Source: Octopus sinensis (Eukaryota). From it: a stretch of 64,000 nt of DNA. The notes under the pieces were generated by a model. The model was not told the origin of the DNA and searched no databases. It worked only from the letters and a program-made list of their open reading frames with translations. Positions 1 to 13,605 of this stretch are shown piece by piece (position 1 is the first letter of the stretch; every line of letters starts with the position of its first letter). The translations under genes were made by a program, and so were the position numbers. The stretch covers positions 174,778,001-174,842,000 of the forward strand of contig NC_042998.1 of NCBI RefSeq assembly GCF_006345805.1, given 5' to 3'.

Positions 1-809
1 CTCATACTCTAACTTTTCATCTGGCACAGAGCCACTTTCCTCAGTATTACTCTCTACTAGTTGAGGAATCTTGTAAATTATTTGGTGGCCTCACTGCTAC
101 AGTGCAACATAAAAAGCACCTAGTACACTGTGTAAAGTGGTTGGCATTAGGAAGGGCACCCAACCATAGAAACTATGCCGAAGCAAACAGTAGAGTTTGG
201 TCTCGTCCAATGCATGCCAACATGGAAAACATATGTTGAATGATGATAATGGTTGTTGTAATTTTTCATGACTGCTTTTCTTGTTCACAGATCATTTCAT
301 TTCTTCTAAATGGGTCACAAGGACAACATCTCACTGGTTTCTACAGCTGGACACCCTTCCACTTTATAGAGTATACGAGATGTATTTTATCATGGCACCA
401 GCACAAAAGGTGTTGCTATGTCTTTGACAAAACGAGAGGGTCCTCAGAACCCTATACTTAACACAGTGTACTGTAATCATTTTATCATGGCACCAGCTCC
501 AGAAAGGAGTGAGCGAGTGGTGGAGAACCAGAAGTGGATAAAGAGTGAGAATGAATAATGGGTGCTGATGCCAAATGGCTAGTGACTTGATATATTGTGC
601 AACAAGTCAGTCGTCTCTTTCACACACATCTGTATTGTATCCTCAGTCCATTTATGCTTAACATTTCCAGTATCTAATTTGTTCTGTTTCCACTTCTGAA
701 GCTCCACAGTATTCACTATCATGCAACATCACACTTTTATCTCTGGTCTACAGATGTACTGTCTCTCCACCACCTTTAGAAGAGCAGGCTTGGAGCTGGC
801 TGATTTTCT

Positions 810-1020
810 TATTTCTTTATTGCCTACAAGGGGCTAAACATAGAGGGGACAAACAAGGATAGACAAAAGGATTAAGTCGATTACATCGACCCCAGTGTGC
901 AACTGGTACTTGATTTATCGACACTGAAAGGAAGAAAGGCAAAGTCGACCTCGACAGAATTTGAACTAAGAATGTAACGGCAGACGAAATACCGCTAAAC
1001 ATTTCTGCCAGCTTGCCGCT
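810..1020 (-). mobile_element. SINE family B (GGCGGCGAGCTGGCAG head; GAGTTCAAATTC B-box-like motif)
   Basis: Shared central motif TTCATCCTTTCGGGGTCGATAAA; tail CCCCTTGT(G/A)GG...AAAGAAATA. Confidence 0.85.
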
Positions 1021-1350
1021 TTTCGCTAATTTTCCGCCACCTCCACTCATGCATATCTCCTCTTATTGCCCACGTCCAGTGACCACCTATTTTTGGTTCC
1101 CACATTAATCACTTTTCCTAAAAGGCCAGCCTTCTGAAATTCTTACCATGCCCATGTTTCTCTTGCAGTTGTTCATGATGAACATTACATTAAATGTCAA
1201 TCTTACCTATTCGGAGGTCATGCAAAGACCATAAACACAACTCCTTCCTCCAGACCAAATGATTAAAAAAAAACCAATAAAATAAGACTTTTTAATGCCT
1301 GGATAAGCAAAAAAAAATAAATAATAAATAAAATAAAAAGTTGAACAAAC

Positions 1351-1462
1351 CTGTTTTCTGGTGGCTGAGGCCTTTCTAACTCATATTTTTCATTAATAAC
1401 TATTTCATGGAGAAGTTCCATATCTCGGAAGCAATTATAGATTTCTGTAGATTTTTCTGATG
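1351..1462 (-). CDS. TCP11: Internal coding exon of a TCP11-family (T-complex protein 11-like) gene
   Basis: Encodes (S)SEKSTEIYNCFRDMELLHEIVINEKYELERPQPPEN(R/S), resembling the N-terminal TCP11 motif NMALAHEIVVN..F.....LPENS (recalled, not searched). Acceptor ttttggtttcag (AG at 1464-1463), donor CAG|GTTTGT at 1350-1349. Phase 1 in, phase 2 out. The next exon (expected K.FWD motif) was not found in 1-1350, so the gene runs off the window. Confidence 0.75.
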
Positions 1463-2249
1463 CTGAAACCAAAATTGAATATTTTCATGAGAGAGATAGA
1501 ATGGAAGAAATAGTAAACTCTAGATAAAATAACCAACAATGTTTAGTTATATCACTTTACATTCTAAATCCAAATCCTGCAGAGATTATTCCTCTGGAGC
1601 TCATGAAATGAAGATCATCAAAGCATTGGGATGGATTCTAAGTAACCACTTCCAATAAAATTTGTGACCCTCTTCTGAACCACAGAAATCATTATTAATT
1701 ACAAGTACTAGAACAGCATCATTGATAGCATTCCAAACTTGCCAAATGGCTTGTAGTCTTTAGTTTGTCCCATGAGGAAAACACTTTTGTATTTACCTCC
1801 CTCTGAGGTCAATACACTAAGTATTGGGGTTAATTTGATCGATTTTATCCTTTCTTTATAAGTGTCTGGCTTTGTGCCAACATGAGAAATTACCATTATT
1901 GCATCTTCTGCAGCTACTGCTGCTGCTACAGCTGAGGTACAATGGATCTGAGGTTGGGTTTTTGAATAATGGTTGTAAGTTCAGACTTAATTCTAATTGC
2001 TCCAGTTTACTTGAATGAACAAAAACATAAAAAATAAAACACGAGGTCTACTCCCTCTTTATGATTAAGTAATTAGTTGAAGAATCCAACAATAAAAATC
2101 AGCTGCTCCAATAGAAGAGGAAGCTTTCCAGACCATTTTACCAAGCAAGGAACTCGACAAAGGAGCCACTATGTGGTTACTCAACCAGCTTGAAATAACC
2201 ACCAAATCTTTATCAAATTACGCTTTATTATTTTGTAAAGAGCGGCTAA

Positions 2250-2580
2250 CTGGTTTCTGTGCCAGTGGCGTGTAAAAGGCACCATTAGAGCATGATCATT
2301 ACCAGCGTCGCCTTACTGGCACTTGTGCTGGTGGCATGCGTAAAAACATTCGAGCGAGGTCGTTGCCAGTACTGCCTGACTGGCCCTCGTGCCAGTGGCA
2401 TGTAAAAACATCCACTACGCTCTCGGAGTGGTTGGCGTTAGGAAGGGCATCCAGCTGTAGAAACACTGCCAGATCAGACTGGGCCTGGTGCAGCCATCTG
2501 GTTCGCCAGCCCTCAGTCAAATCGTCCAACCCATGCTAGCATGGAAAGCGGACGTTAAATGATGATGATGATGATGATGA
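2250..2580 (+). mobile_element. SINE/LINE-tail family C with a (GAT)n tail
   Basis: GGTTGGCGTTAGGAAGGGCATCCAGC...GGACGTTAAA(TGA)n. Other copies at about 9928-10175 (-), 11505-11650 (-), 17335-17592 (+), 45960-46285 (+) and 59948-60175 (-). Confidence 0.85.
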
Positions 2581-3593
2581 GACACAGTATATAATGTGGT
2601 CCTATATACACAATACTTAAGAGAAAAATCAGGTGGTTATGACCGGAAACCCTTTAATTATAGGGCTACTCAGTGAGGTCTGCCAAGAGTTAAAGAAAAA
2701 TTTCTCCAACAAATATATTGTTCCATCTTTAGCCAAGCTAGGGAAGTGGATGTAAAACTATTTATTAAAAAATTGAATTAATTTCTTTCACATCACTGAA
2801 GCTTTTATTCTGAGTTCTAGAAAACACTAGAAACCATCATCATCATCATTATCGTTTAACGTCCATCCAAGACTTTCTTTATCTGCAATTAGACATTGCA
2901 GATTTGAAACAGTTTATGAAGACATTGCAAGTGAGAGGTGCCAGATGTTCCAACTTCCAACTATAACAAATTAAATGATGGTGAGGTGATAACCAGAACA
3001 TTTTGCTCAGAAGTTTGACCGGAATACAAATAACAACAGCACTCCAAATAAAATGAAGCATATAGAATTAAATGTACAACTTAAAGATACAAAAATCTTC
3101 TGCAGGAAATTTAAAGGGAACTCCCTATAAGTTGACAGTACGACATGTTGACATTTCTTTAGTGATATGTAAAAGTGAAAATGCCACAAGAGGCTTTTAA
3201 AAACCAGTGCTTAGCTCTTTAGAAAATAAATAATATATTTCTTTTCTGGATGGAATATCAGCCTACAGCAATAACATCCCCAGATGATCTGCTACCATTT
3301 TTTTGACAGCTAGCTGAATTGAATCAAAGTAGAATAAAATTCCTGGCCAAAAATAATAGAACATCTGCTGCCAAAACTGACTCCTGGCTATGGACCGGTA
3401 ATCCAATACCACTTTAGAACCACTTTAGTCTCTTGCACAATAACGTTTACAATCTCATTATCAAAAAGTATCGTAATATATTTCCTTTCCTTTGCATCAA
3501 GCATGAGCATAAATTCATTTGAGATTCCTGAACTGGTGCAGTTTAACAAATATACAAAAGTAGAAAAATTGGTGCATTTTTTTCCATCTAGAG

Positions 3594-3864
3594 CAGTGGT
3601 TCCCTAACTTTTTCAGGCTGGTATCCACTTGACACTCGGACCACATTCCTAGCACCCTGACCCCAACTAACTAATCAAAAACATAGACCTCTTTCTGAAG
3701 CAAATTGAAAGCAACTGCATTTCACAAATAAAAATTAACCGAACAAACCCATTATTTTGTTGTTTTTACATGTATCGCTACCCCATTATCACCCCACTTT
3801 TCTTCAACTTTGGAACATCCTACCACCCCCAGGGGGTCAACATTGCCCACTCTGGGAACCACTG
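3594..3864. mobile_element. hAT-type MITE
   Basis: Perfect 11-bp TIRs CAGTGGTTCCC / GGGAACCACTG; 8-bp TSD ATCTAGAG / ATGTAGAG (7 of 8 match). Confidence 0.85.
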
Positions 3865-4354
3865 ATGTAGAGCATCATTTTCTTCTGTGCTATCACCATC
3901 ACCATCATCCCCATCACCACCACCACCACCACCACCACCACCACTATCACCACCACCGCTGCTGCCGCCACTGCCACCAACACCACCACCACCATCATCA
4001 ACCTCATCTGATGATGAAGTAAAGTCAGAAGAAATTCTTCATTGCTGTTTCAATCCTTCCATTTGTGACTTAATTTCTCTAAGCGTAAGGGCCACTTATG
4101 CTTAGGTGCATTTGATGAAGTAGACATTCAGGCATCAATTGATGATGATGGCCATATCATCTAAAATTTTTGAAACATCAACAGATGATGTCTGCTGTTC
4201 TCAAATGAAACATCGATTGATGATGTCTGCTGTTGAGGGTTAATACTACAGGTATTATTATATCTCTTAGGTAGGAACTAAAATACCAGTACCACAACAT
4301 ACTTTCTTCTTGATGAAACTACTCAAGGATTGAAAAATGAGGAAAATTACTTAC

Positions 4355-4475
4355 ATAAGTGAAGGAGAAATGGCTCATCTGGCATCATTCTTTTAAAAGA
4401 TTTGCTTCCTGATTGTGATGAATTCATTTCCAGGGTAGATTCCTTCTCTTTGGATTTATTAGGAGTATCAGACAT
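4355..4475 (-). CDS. TCP11: First coding exon of the TCP11-family gene (exon 4355-4519 including 44 nt of 5' UTR)
   Basis: Strong acceptor tttctttttttttgtttag (4521-4520) and donor T|GTAAGT (4354-4349). ATG at 4475 is preceded by an in-frame TGA. Encodes MSDTPNKSKEKESTLEMNSSQSGSKSFKRMMPDEPFLLHL plus 1 nt; phase 1 joins exon 1462-1351 in frame (T|CA = Ser). Confidence 0.7.
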
Positions 4476-4664
4476 GCTTAGAAATCCTCAGAGAGATAGA
4501 AATAGATGGTGATAATTTCCTAAACAAAAAAAAAGAAACATAATAAATAACAGAATTTACATAGTACCCAACTATTTTCATTGTTATTTTTGCTAGTTTA
4601 CGTCACAGTTTTCCTGATGAGATGAGCAAGTTTCTTTTTTGTAACCGGTGAATATTATTCAATC

Positions 4665-5055
4665 AAGTGTGAAGTGGTAAGTAGCTTGCTTACCAACCAC
4701 ATGGTTCTGGGTTCAGTCCCACTGCATGGCACCTTGGGCAAGTGTCTTCTACTATAGCTTCGGGCTGACCAAAGCCTTGTGAGTGGATTTGGTAAACGGA
4801 AACTGAAAGAAGCCCATTGTATATATGTATATATATATGTGACCTCGTGAGTACCGCTGGCGATTTTTTTCCTCTGTCTTCCCTTCTCGGGATCTTTCCT
4901 TCTCCTATGTTTCCGACGAAGAGCTCCGCTCAAAACGTTAAACCCTCCTTCTTCCCTTCTTTCCTGAGCATCCAATAATACTTTATTTGTTCCACGTCCT
5001 CGCGTTGTTGTGTTTTTTTGCTTTTTTGTGTTTTCTTGTTTGGATTAACTTTATA

Positions 5056-5110
<55 letters not shown>

Positions 5111-5317
5111 GTATGTACGTGTGAGTATGTTTGTGTGTCTGCGTTTGTCCTCCCAACATCGCTTGACAACCGATGCTGGTGTGTTTACGTCCCCGTAACT
5201 TAGCGGTTCGGCAAAAGAGACCAATAGAATAAGTATTAGGCTTACAAAGAATAAGTCCCAACTAAAGGCGGTGCTCCAGCATGGTCACAGTCAAATGACT
5301 GAAACCAGTAAAAGAGC
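4665..5317 (+). mobile_element. SINE family A (tRNA-like head, central TA/TG microsatellite), interrupted
   Basis: Head GTGGTAAGTAGCTTGC...GGTTCAGTCCC, tail GGTGCTCCAGCATGG...AGTAAAAGAG; many copies in the window. Confidence 0.85.
4838..5050 (+). mobile_element. Probable Penelope-like terminal fragment with a decayed minimal hammerhead, inserted in the internal microsatellite of a SINE
   Basis: GTTT-CCGACGA-A-GAGC-TCC-GCTC-AAAA-CGTT-AAAC at 4909-4943. The segment interrupts the (TA)n tract of the SINE at 4665-5317. Confidence 0.5.
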
Positions 5318-5434
5318 AAGTATGCCTGTTTGGCTATCAGGTAAACCTTCATATGACAAATAGAACACTGTAGCTCACTTACACGCCCCAACACAATAAC
5401 AACAAGGTTTGAACTTGTGTTCATACATATAACT

Positions 5435-5757
5435 GGTACTCCATTGGTTATGATGACGAGGGTTCCAGTTGATCTGACCAACAGAACAGACTGCTCATGA
5501 AATTAACATGCAGGTGGTTGAGCACTTCACAGACATGTGTACCCTTAACGTTGTTCTCAGGGGGATATAGCATGACACAGAAATTGACAAAGCTGGTCCT
5601 TTGAAATATGGGTACTACCCATTTTTGCCGGCTGAGTTGACTGGAGCAATGTGAAATAAAATGTCTTGCTCAAGGACACAACATGCTGCCAGGAATTGAA
5701 CTCACAACCCTACAATTGTGAACGAAATACCCTAACCACTTAACCACATGCCTTCAC
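5435..5757 (-). mobile_element. tRNA-derived SINE family E
   Basis: Head GTGAAGGCATGTGGTTAAGTGGTTAGGG...GAGTTCAATTCC, followed by TGTGTCCTTGAGCAAGACA. Confidence 0.75.
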
Positions 5758-6151
5758 TACACAACATATAGCAACACAACGCCACCTGTGGTTACAACAT
5801 ATCATACCAAGCACAACATAGTTATAGCTAATGCTATCACATTCATTTATTAATATTTAAGCAACTTGCATGAACTAGCTGAAAATGAGAGCAGTTTATA
5901 TTAAGTCCTGTGATACTGAGATCTTTTATAGTATTCATACTCAGTATTACATTTAGTATTCATATTCCAGTGAGGTCAATAGCTTTTTATGTTCAGGTGT
6001 GGGTGATTCAATCAACTATGCCCCTCCCTGACAAACTTTGGCTTTGTGTCCGGCCAAAAAAAGACAAAAAACATCAGGTATTTAAATATTTTTAACTGAG
6101 GAAATTCATTTGAACTGGTGGAATTTTGTTTGATGGGAAAGCAGACATTAA

Positions 6152-6184
<33 letters not shown>

Positions 6185-6333
6185 CATTATATTGTAGCTC
6201 CAACATTTTGTTGTGATTGTCGATTTTCAAAATGACATTGTAGGATAGGTATGAGAAGCTAGATCTGGCCAGTTTTGAACATAAAACAGGTAGAATATTT
6301 TGGCCGGATATGGCCGGTTTAAACACTAAAGGG
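6185..6333. mobile_element. piggyBac-like MITE end
   Basis: Ends ...CTAAAGGG followed by TTAA; only one terminus was identified. Confidence 0.3.
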
Positions 6334-7059
6334 TTAAGAGGATTTATTTGTTTTGTTTTTTTTACACTGACCACTAAATAATTATTTCTACACTACTACC
6401 AACAATACCATCACTCTGCCAGTAGCATTGCTTGGGTGAGGGTTGAGTATGTGTGTGTGTGTGGTGGTGGGAGGAACAAGTTGCCCCAGGCATTCCTTTA
6501 AAGGAGCAACATTTTCAGGTCTGCTGTATAAGCTCGTATAAGCTTAGGGTGGGAAAACTCAAGAGCTACCTTAGTGTGAACATGCTCTAGTTATGTCAAT
6601 GCAACCTCCACTCCAAGAAAGAAAGAAGTGAACTATTCAACTGGAAAGTATTGGGAGAGAAAATGGCATGTAAATGACAAAAAATATACAGTATCAAACA
6701 CTGTAATCATAGAACAAAAAGGTGAACCAATTCAACGAACCAAATCCTTAAACTTGTTTCAGTTCTAAATAAAAGCTAAATTCACAGGACGGTGGATTGA
6801 CGGAATCACTGCTTCAAATTCTACCATAGCCGACTTAGCTTTCCAGCCTTTCAAGACGATAATAAAGTACCAGCCAAATATTGAGTTAGATTTATATTCC
6901 AGTAATGCATTTTTAATGTGAGTTGAATTATAATAGAAGTAGCAGATTTTATCCACACCACTAATGGGCATATAAAAGTATGAGCATCACACAAACACAT
7001 TCATCAGACTCATCTCATATATTTTAGTCAACATACCTAATAAACTAATACTAAACAAC

Positions 7060-7478
7060 ATTAGCATTTTTTTAGGCATGACTGTGTGGTAAGAAGTTTG
7101 CTTCCCAACCACAAGATTTGGGGTTCAGTCCCACTACATGGCACTTTGGGTAAACACCTTCTAACTATAGCTCTGGGCTGACCAATGCTTGAATTTAGAA
7201 AACAGAAATTGTGTGGAAGCCCATCATGCATGCATGCATGTATGTATGCATGCACAGACACACACACACATAATTGTGTGTCTTTGTGTTTGTCTCCCAT
7301 CACTGTTTGACAACCAGTGTTGGTTTGTTTGTGTCCCCATAACTTAGCAATTCAACAAATGAGGCTGGCAGAATAAGTACCAGACTGTAAAATAAGTACT
7401 GAGGTCAATTTGTTTAAAGTAATCCCTTCAAGGTGGTGCCCCAGTATGGCTGTCATCCAGTGAATGAAACAAGTAAAG
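7060..7478 (+). mobile_element. SINE family A, diverged copy
   Basis: Same head and tail as the other A copies. Confidence 0.75.
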
Positions 7479-7685
7479 TTAAGTTAACCAGAGAAGTCAC
7501 AATGACCATGAAATTTACAGGTTCTCCAAGAGTGGTAAAATCAATGTGGTTGCAGCCAAGGTTAAGCCTCTGTAGGTAAATGTCTGCAAAAAAAAAAGGG
7601 AACCAACAGTATAGTCTAAATACTTGAAACATTGAACTCCACTAAAGGCATCCAAAGACTAATGATGGTGAAAAGCTGTGCAATA

Positions 7686-8096
7686 TAGGTGCAGAAGTGG
7701 CTGTGTGGTAAGTAGCTTGCTTACCAACCACATGGTTCTGGGTTCATTCCCACTGCATGGCACCTTGGGCAACTGTCTTCTATAGTCTTGGGCCGACCAA
7801 AGCCTTGTGAGTGGATTTGGTAGACGGAAACTGAAAGAAGCCTGTCGTATATATGTATATATATATATATGTATGTGTGTATATGTTTGTGTGTCTGTGT
7901 TTGTCCCCCCCAATATCGCTTGATGACCGATGATGGTGTGTTTATGTCCCCGTAACTTAGCAGTTCAGCAAAAGAGACCAATAGAATAAGTACCAGGCTT
8001 CCAAAGAATAAATCCTGGGATCGATTTGCTTGACTAAAGGCGGGTGCTCCAGCATGGCCACAGTCAAATGACTGAAACAAGTAAAAGAGTAAGAGT
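7686..8096 (+). mobile_element. SINE family A, full length
   Basis: TAGGTGCAGAAGTGGCTGTGTGG...CAAGTAAAAGAG. Confidence 0.9.
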
Positions 8097-11000
8097 AATA
8101 TGTTAGGTATTACCCTACCCAAACAGCCATGAATTATGACACTAGCCCTAAGGAGGTTGTCCAATAGCAAAAGGAATTAAAAACATATATTGGAATGAAT
8201 CTGAGATTCATCAATACATAGGAATGATTCAGATGAGAGATCAAAAGTTTACTTATAGTTGTGATACTAAACTACTACTGAGCCAAAAGGTCAAAAGTTG
8301 AAATCGTGTGCTTAGCTAAAAATAATAACAGTTTAGTGGTTAGTATACAAAATTATTTCTAAATGTGTCCATGAATCAGAAGATTGACAAGCTTATGATT
8401 AGCTTTGTCAGTTTATCACAAGTTAAATTTACAAAGAAAATGAGGCACATCAAATTCAATAATGTGCTCATAGACATACAAAGACACCTAGAGTAAATAT
8501 TAATGCACAAAACATAATCTGATTGGATAATATATTATCTACTTAATTTTTATCTTTACCTTAAGATGTGTATCCAACTGTGTGACACTTGCTACAAAGG
8601 GAGCTTCTGTGAAGTTACTTGACCTGACTTATTAACGTAGCAGTCAAAATTTTCTCGACAAAACCAATAATGTTTTAAAACTGGAACTACGTATTTAAAT
8701 CTTATAGCCACCACCTCTACACTCTAACTTTGAATAACTACAGCTAAAAATAGCAAGTGGCTGTTTTATTTCATTAACTATCTCTCTGCTGAAGGTTTTG
8801 CTTGACAGAGTTAACTGAGGATATTCGACAATTCTTTTGCTATTATTAATGCCAACCTTACTACAATCTGTGTAAGTAAGAAAAAGAAAAATCTTGAATA
8901 TATAAATATATAAATTTAAATCTCTAAAATGGTGCTCCCAGCATTCCTTGCAACTAGCACACTAAACCCAACTGTGTATATGCATGTGCACACACACACA
9001 CACACACACTGAAAATAGGTACCTGAGAAAGTACATGAATTTGGCAAGTAGATCTTCACTTAGAAGTGATTACTAGGAGTATATATGAAGGAAAGGGAAG
9101 AAAGCAGAAAAAGAGATGTAGGCAAAGCAATGAGAGAAAAATGAAGGGGGGAGCAGGAGAAAGCAAGAGAAAATGAAACAGAGAAAATATGAGGGAATAT
9201 AAAACAGAGGGAGAATGTCAGAAGTGAATAGTTTTGAATAAACATAGCACATAAGCACACGCTAACAAAGCATCAGTGGTTTAAAAATAGAGGGGTGGGG
9301 ATAAGACTGCATCAAAGGTTTACAAATTGGTAAGGAATGTTTAGGAGGATTCTTCTTTTTTTTTTTCTTAGGTAACATTCTAATAACAACAGGCTGTTAA
9401 TCTACTGAAAACTCTGAAGGGTTTAGAAAACAGCCACTGAGAGGTGGTTCAAATAGATAGATATAGTAGAAAGCCTGGTTGGATATCACAAAGAATATGT
9501 CTATTATGAAAGTGTAGTAGCTGAGTGGTTAAAGAGCTGATGTGCAGCATCTTCGTTATTGTTTACTGCCAAACAAGTGTCACTCCTACATCATCATTCT
9601 TGAAACTGTCTTTCTTTCTTTTTTTTTTACTATTTGACATCACCAGAACCTTGTTCTGTTTTTCTCCCCAACCACTTCTACCCTCCTGCCAGAAAGCAGC
9701 AAATATTATGTGGAAGAATTTCAAAGCAACCTGGAAGCTTCAATCTTATCCCAGCATTCAGTTTTATCTAACTAACTGAACAACTTATATTTCTTCATCC
9801 ACAGTGCTGGACTTGTGGCTTGTTAGAGAGCTGTTTACCAATTTTATAAAATTTGTCCAAGTTGAGCTAATCGATATCATTCTATGAGGAAAGTTATCTT
9901 ATTGAGAGGATAGTACTTCTGTGGAAATCATCATCATCATCATCGTTTAGTGTCTACTTTCCATGCTAGCATGGGTTGGACGGTTCAACTGGGGTCTGGG
10001 AATGTTTCTACAGCTGGATGCCCTTCCTAACGCCAACCACTCCGTGAGTGTAGTGGGTGCTTTTTACGTGCCACCGGCACAGGTGCCAGGCGAGGCTGGC
10101 AACGGCCACGATCGGATGGTGCTTTTTATGTGCCACCGGCACGGAGGCCAGTCGGGGCGGCGCTGGCAATGGCTACATTTTGATGGTTCTCTTACATGCA
10201 AAATTCTCAAACTTTTAAAAGTTGTGTATGAGGGAACAAATATCACTTCCTCCCAACCAAAGAGGAGTCCCATTATAAACTATGTGTAATATACTTTTTC
10301 CTGTTAGTTCATATTGTCCTCAGTACAGTGGCAGTGTGTTGCCTGCTAAATGCATATACATTTCAAATGTTTCAATCAACACAACTAGAGTGAAAAATAT
10401 ATGGTAACAGCTTTGTTTTAAGAATTTCAGAAGATATATATGTATAACAGGATGTGGATCCAATGAAAGGCCCTGCGTGAAAAGCTAGGCATAACTTCTC
10501 AAAACATATAAAATATTTTTGTTTTTAAATTTAATGCATCACTGCCTATGCTGCAGATCAAAGGTAGTTAATGATCATGGATGAAAATCCTAGTTGTCCA
10601 CCCTACTAGAACAGCATTGTCTGTGGTTGAACAGTCCAATGCTTGAATGACAACAGTCTTTGCTGCTTGAGTTGTCCAGTTCTATCTTTCAAGCTTGGGC
10701 AGTATGGCATGGAGAACAGGCTGTTGCCACTGCCCCCACCCCATGTTGCTGATGGATCCAAAGAAACAGTAGTAGAGACCAGAATATTATTAATTGCCTT
10801 TAAGGAACTGAAACCAATTCTTGCATAAAATAATTTTGCTTATGGTGAAACTTTTAGAAGAAGATAACAAAAGGCATTAACTCTTTTGATACCAACCGCC
10901 CTAAGACCACCCCTGGTCATGATACAAACATGCTGTCTAAAAGTAACTTAGATTAAATCTTTCCCTCAAAACTTCATGTTAATTTCAGTTCTATATTTAA

Positions 11001-13605
11001 GAAATGAGTGGAACCAATGCAATCAGCTAAAACCTATGGAAGTAGAGCCCCAGCACTGCTATAGTCCAATGATTGAAACAAGCCTGAGTTTTATTTAATC
11101 TCAACCATTGTTGTGTTAAAAGAGAGAAAATGGAAATAATATTTGTTTGTATTGTGAAACACTGAACAAGATAAACAAATATGGAGAAACAAAAGTTGCT
11201 AAGTAGAAGAAAAAAAAATGAGATGAATGAAAAGTAATAAGTTTGCAACTAAATGTTGTTAGTGTTTTGATGTGAACACTTCTTAAACATTAATCAAATC
11301 CTATATACTAAGCAAAAAGTTCTGATGTTTTCATCTCTGCCCACTACACTACATGGGTTTTGATATACTCTGGTCAGCTGGTGACCTCTTGACCTTGTAT
11401 AAAATTCTATTGGTTAATGTGATCCACACTCACACATACACAGATACACACACACACACACACACAGATAATGTATTAGAGCAGTTGTCTATTGAACTTA
11501 TCATCATCATCATCATCATCATTGTTAAATGGCCGCTTTCCATGCTGGCATGGGTTGGACGATTTGACTGGGGGCTGGCAAGCCAGAAGGTTGTACCCGG
11601 CTCCAATCCGATCTGGCAAAGTTTCTACAGCTGGATGCCCTTCCTAACACCAAAATATAGCAAATATTTCCTGCAGCCCAATGGTGGGATAAAATGCAAT
11701 GTTGAAGCTTCTAGCAGGATTTGAACTCAGCCATTAATCAATGAAATTAATTACTACTCAGCATGTAACTACTTGTGCCACTCTTACAGGTCTGATAATA
11801 GTCCTTTCTACTATATGCACAAGGCCTACAATTTTTGTTGGGAGGAGGAGGTTAGATAATTATGTTGACTCCCAGTGCTCAACTGGTACTTGTTTTATTA
11901 ATTCCAAAAGAATCAAAGGCAAAGTGGCCCTCAGCAGCATTTGAACTTGGAACATAAATCTGGAAGAAATGCTGATAAGCATTTTTGTCCAGCTCAGTAA
12001 CGACTCTGCCAGTTCACTGCTTTCGCAGACCTGAAAATAATCTCATAGTAAATTATATTAAAAATACTGGTTTTAAATTTTGGCTCAAGACCAGTAATTT
12101 TAGGGAGTTGAGATTAGTTGAATGATTATATATTTTAATGATTTAAGTTTGCATGTTTTATATTGGAGAGGACTGCCAAAGTTCATTGATTAACTAACAT
12201 CATGTTCATGCAACATCTTACAAGAAGCAAATCAATTCTATAGATGTTTCCCTGGCACAGCATGGCAAACAAGTTTGCTAGTAGCAAATTAAGTGAAAAA
12301 TATCATCCCTCTTGATTTTAGAGTTTGTTTTTTTTTTCTTTCTCAGAAATGATTATTGAGGGAAGTGGATTAGCAGAATTGATAGAATGGCAAAGAAAAT
12401 GCCTTATTTTACTTAGTTATATCCTCTTATATTCCAAGTTGAAATCCTGCCAAAGACAACTTCGCCTTTTGTCTTTTTTGGTGTTAACAAGAAAAGTAGC
12501 AGTCAAGTACCACTGAAGACACATTTTAATTGATTGTTCCTCGCCCCCCCCCTTCAAAAATGAGTAACCTAGTGCTTATGTCGGAAATTATAATTAGCAG
12601 ACACCTACAGATGACTGTGACTGCTTTAATTGCCATTATGAACTACTTCATTTTATTTATATAGCAAACACAAAACCGTTTGCAGCACATCATTACAAAC
12701 TGCTCAAGGCCACAATGAAATAAACATATTCGAAATGAATGTTGATGTGGACATGTTAGGAGCATAGTTTATTATTGCAGCAAACTCCAACCATTGCAGT
12801 CTCTTCTAATACACATAAAACAGAAATCTATCTTCAACACTACCCCAACACTATCCTTCTCCCTCAGTCCACTCAAAGAACAAAACACACATCTACACAC
12901 AGATTAGCAGAAGCATCAATAATCTCATCAGCAACAAACACACTGTACTGGGTAGCAAAGCCATCAATAAGCACAAAGGAACTAATGCTGCACTCTCACT
13001 GAATCCACTTCCACTGCAATGATCACCAGAACCTATTGATATAGAAGTCAACAAGATAATCTCATGAGACAATGAAGAGCCACTATACGGATGCTTAATC
13101 AGCTGGGATTAACAGCCAAATTACCTTAAAATTACACTTTACCTTCTTAAGATAAAAATAAAAACTAGATCAAAATCATTAGACAATGTAGTTGCATGTG
13201 TGCATACGCACACACATGCCTAACAAAATCAAAGAAATAGATTACTTTTAACCCTTGGTGTGATCAAGCATGACTGCTTGGAGAAAACAAAAAGCTGGTA
13301 TACAAATTTAAAAAATTTTGAATATACTGATTTCAAATTTTGGCAAAAGCAGCAATTTCGGGGGAAGGGGTTAAGTCAATTTGATCGATCCCTGTGCTCA
13401 ACTAGTACTTGATTTATTGACCCCCAAAAGGATGAAAGGCAAAATCGACATCAGTAGAATTTGAACTCAGACTGTTAAAGACAGATGAAATGCTGCTAAG
13501 CATTTTGCCCAGCATGCTAACAATTCTGTCAGCTTGCCACCTTAAATATTGAATATATTGAAAAAAATATCTGCTGAGATGGAATATAAATACATTTCAA
13601 AAATA

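Noticed and set aside
3810-4105. Poly-His/poly-Pro ORFs (also 39007-39357, 39727-40094, 52620-52856)
   Set aside because: Trinucleotide microsatellites; no splice context or complex coding sequence.
7686-7760. tRNA genes at SINE heads
   Set aside because: Only A/B-box-like remnants; no cloverleaf; each continues into a SINE body.
12775-13002. 75-aa plus-strand ORF
   Set aside because: A/C-rich low-complexity sequence with no homology or supporting splice structure.
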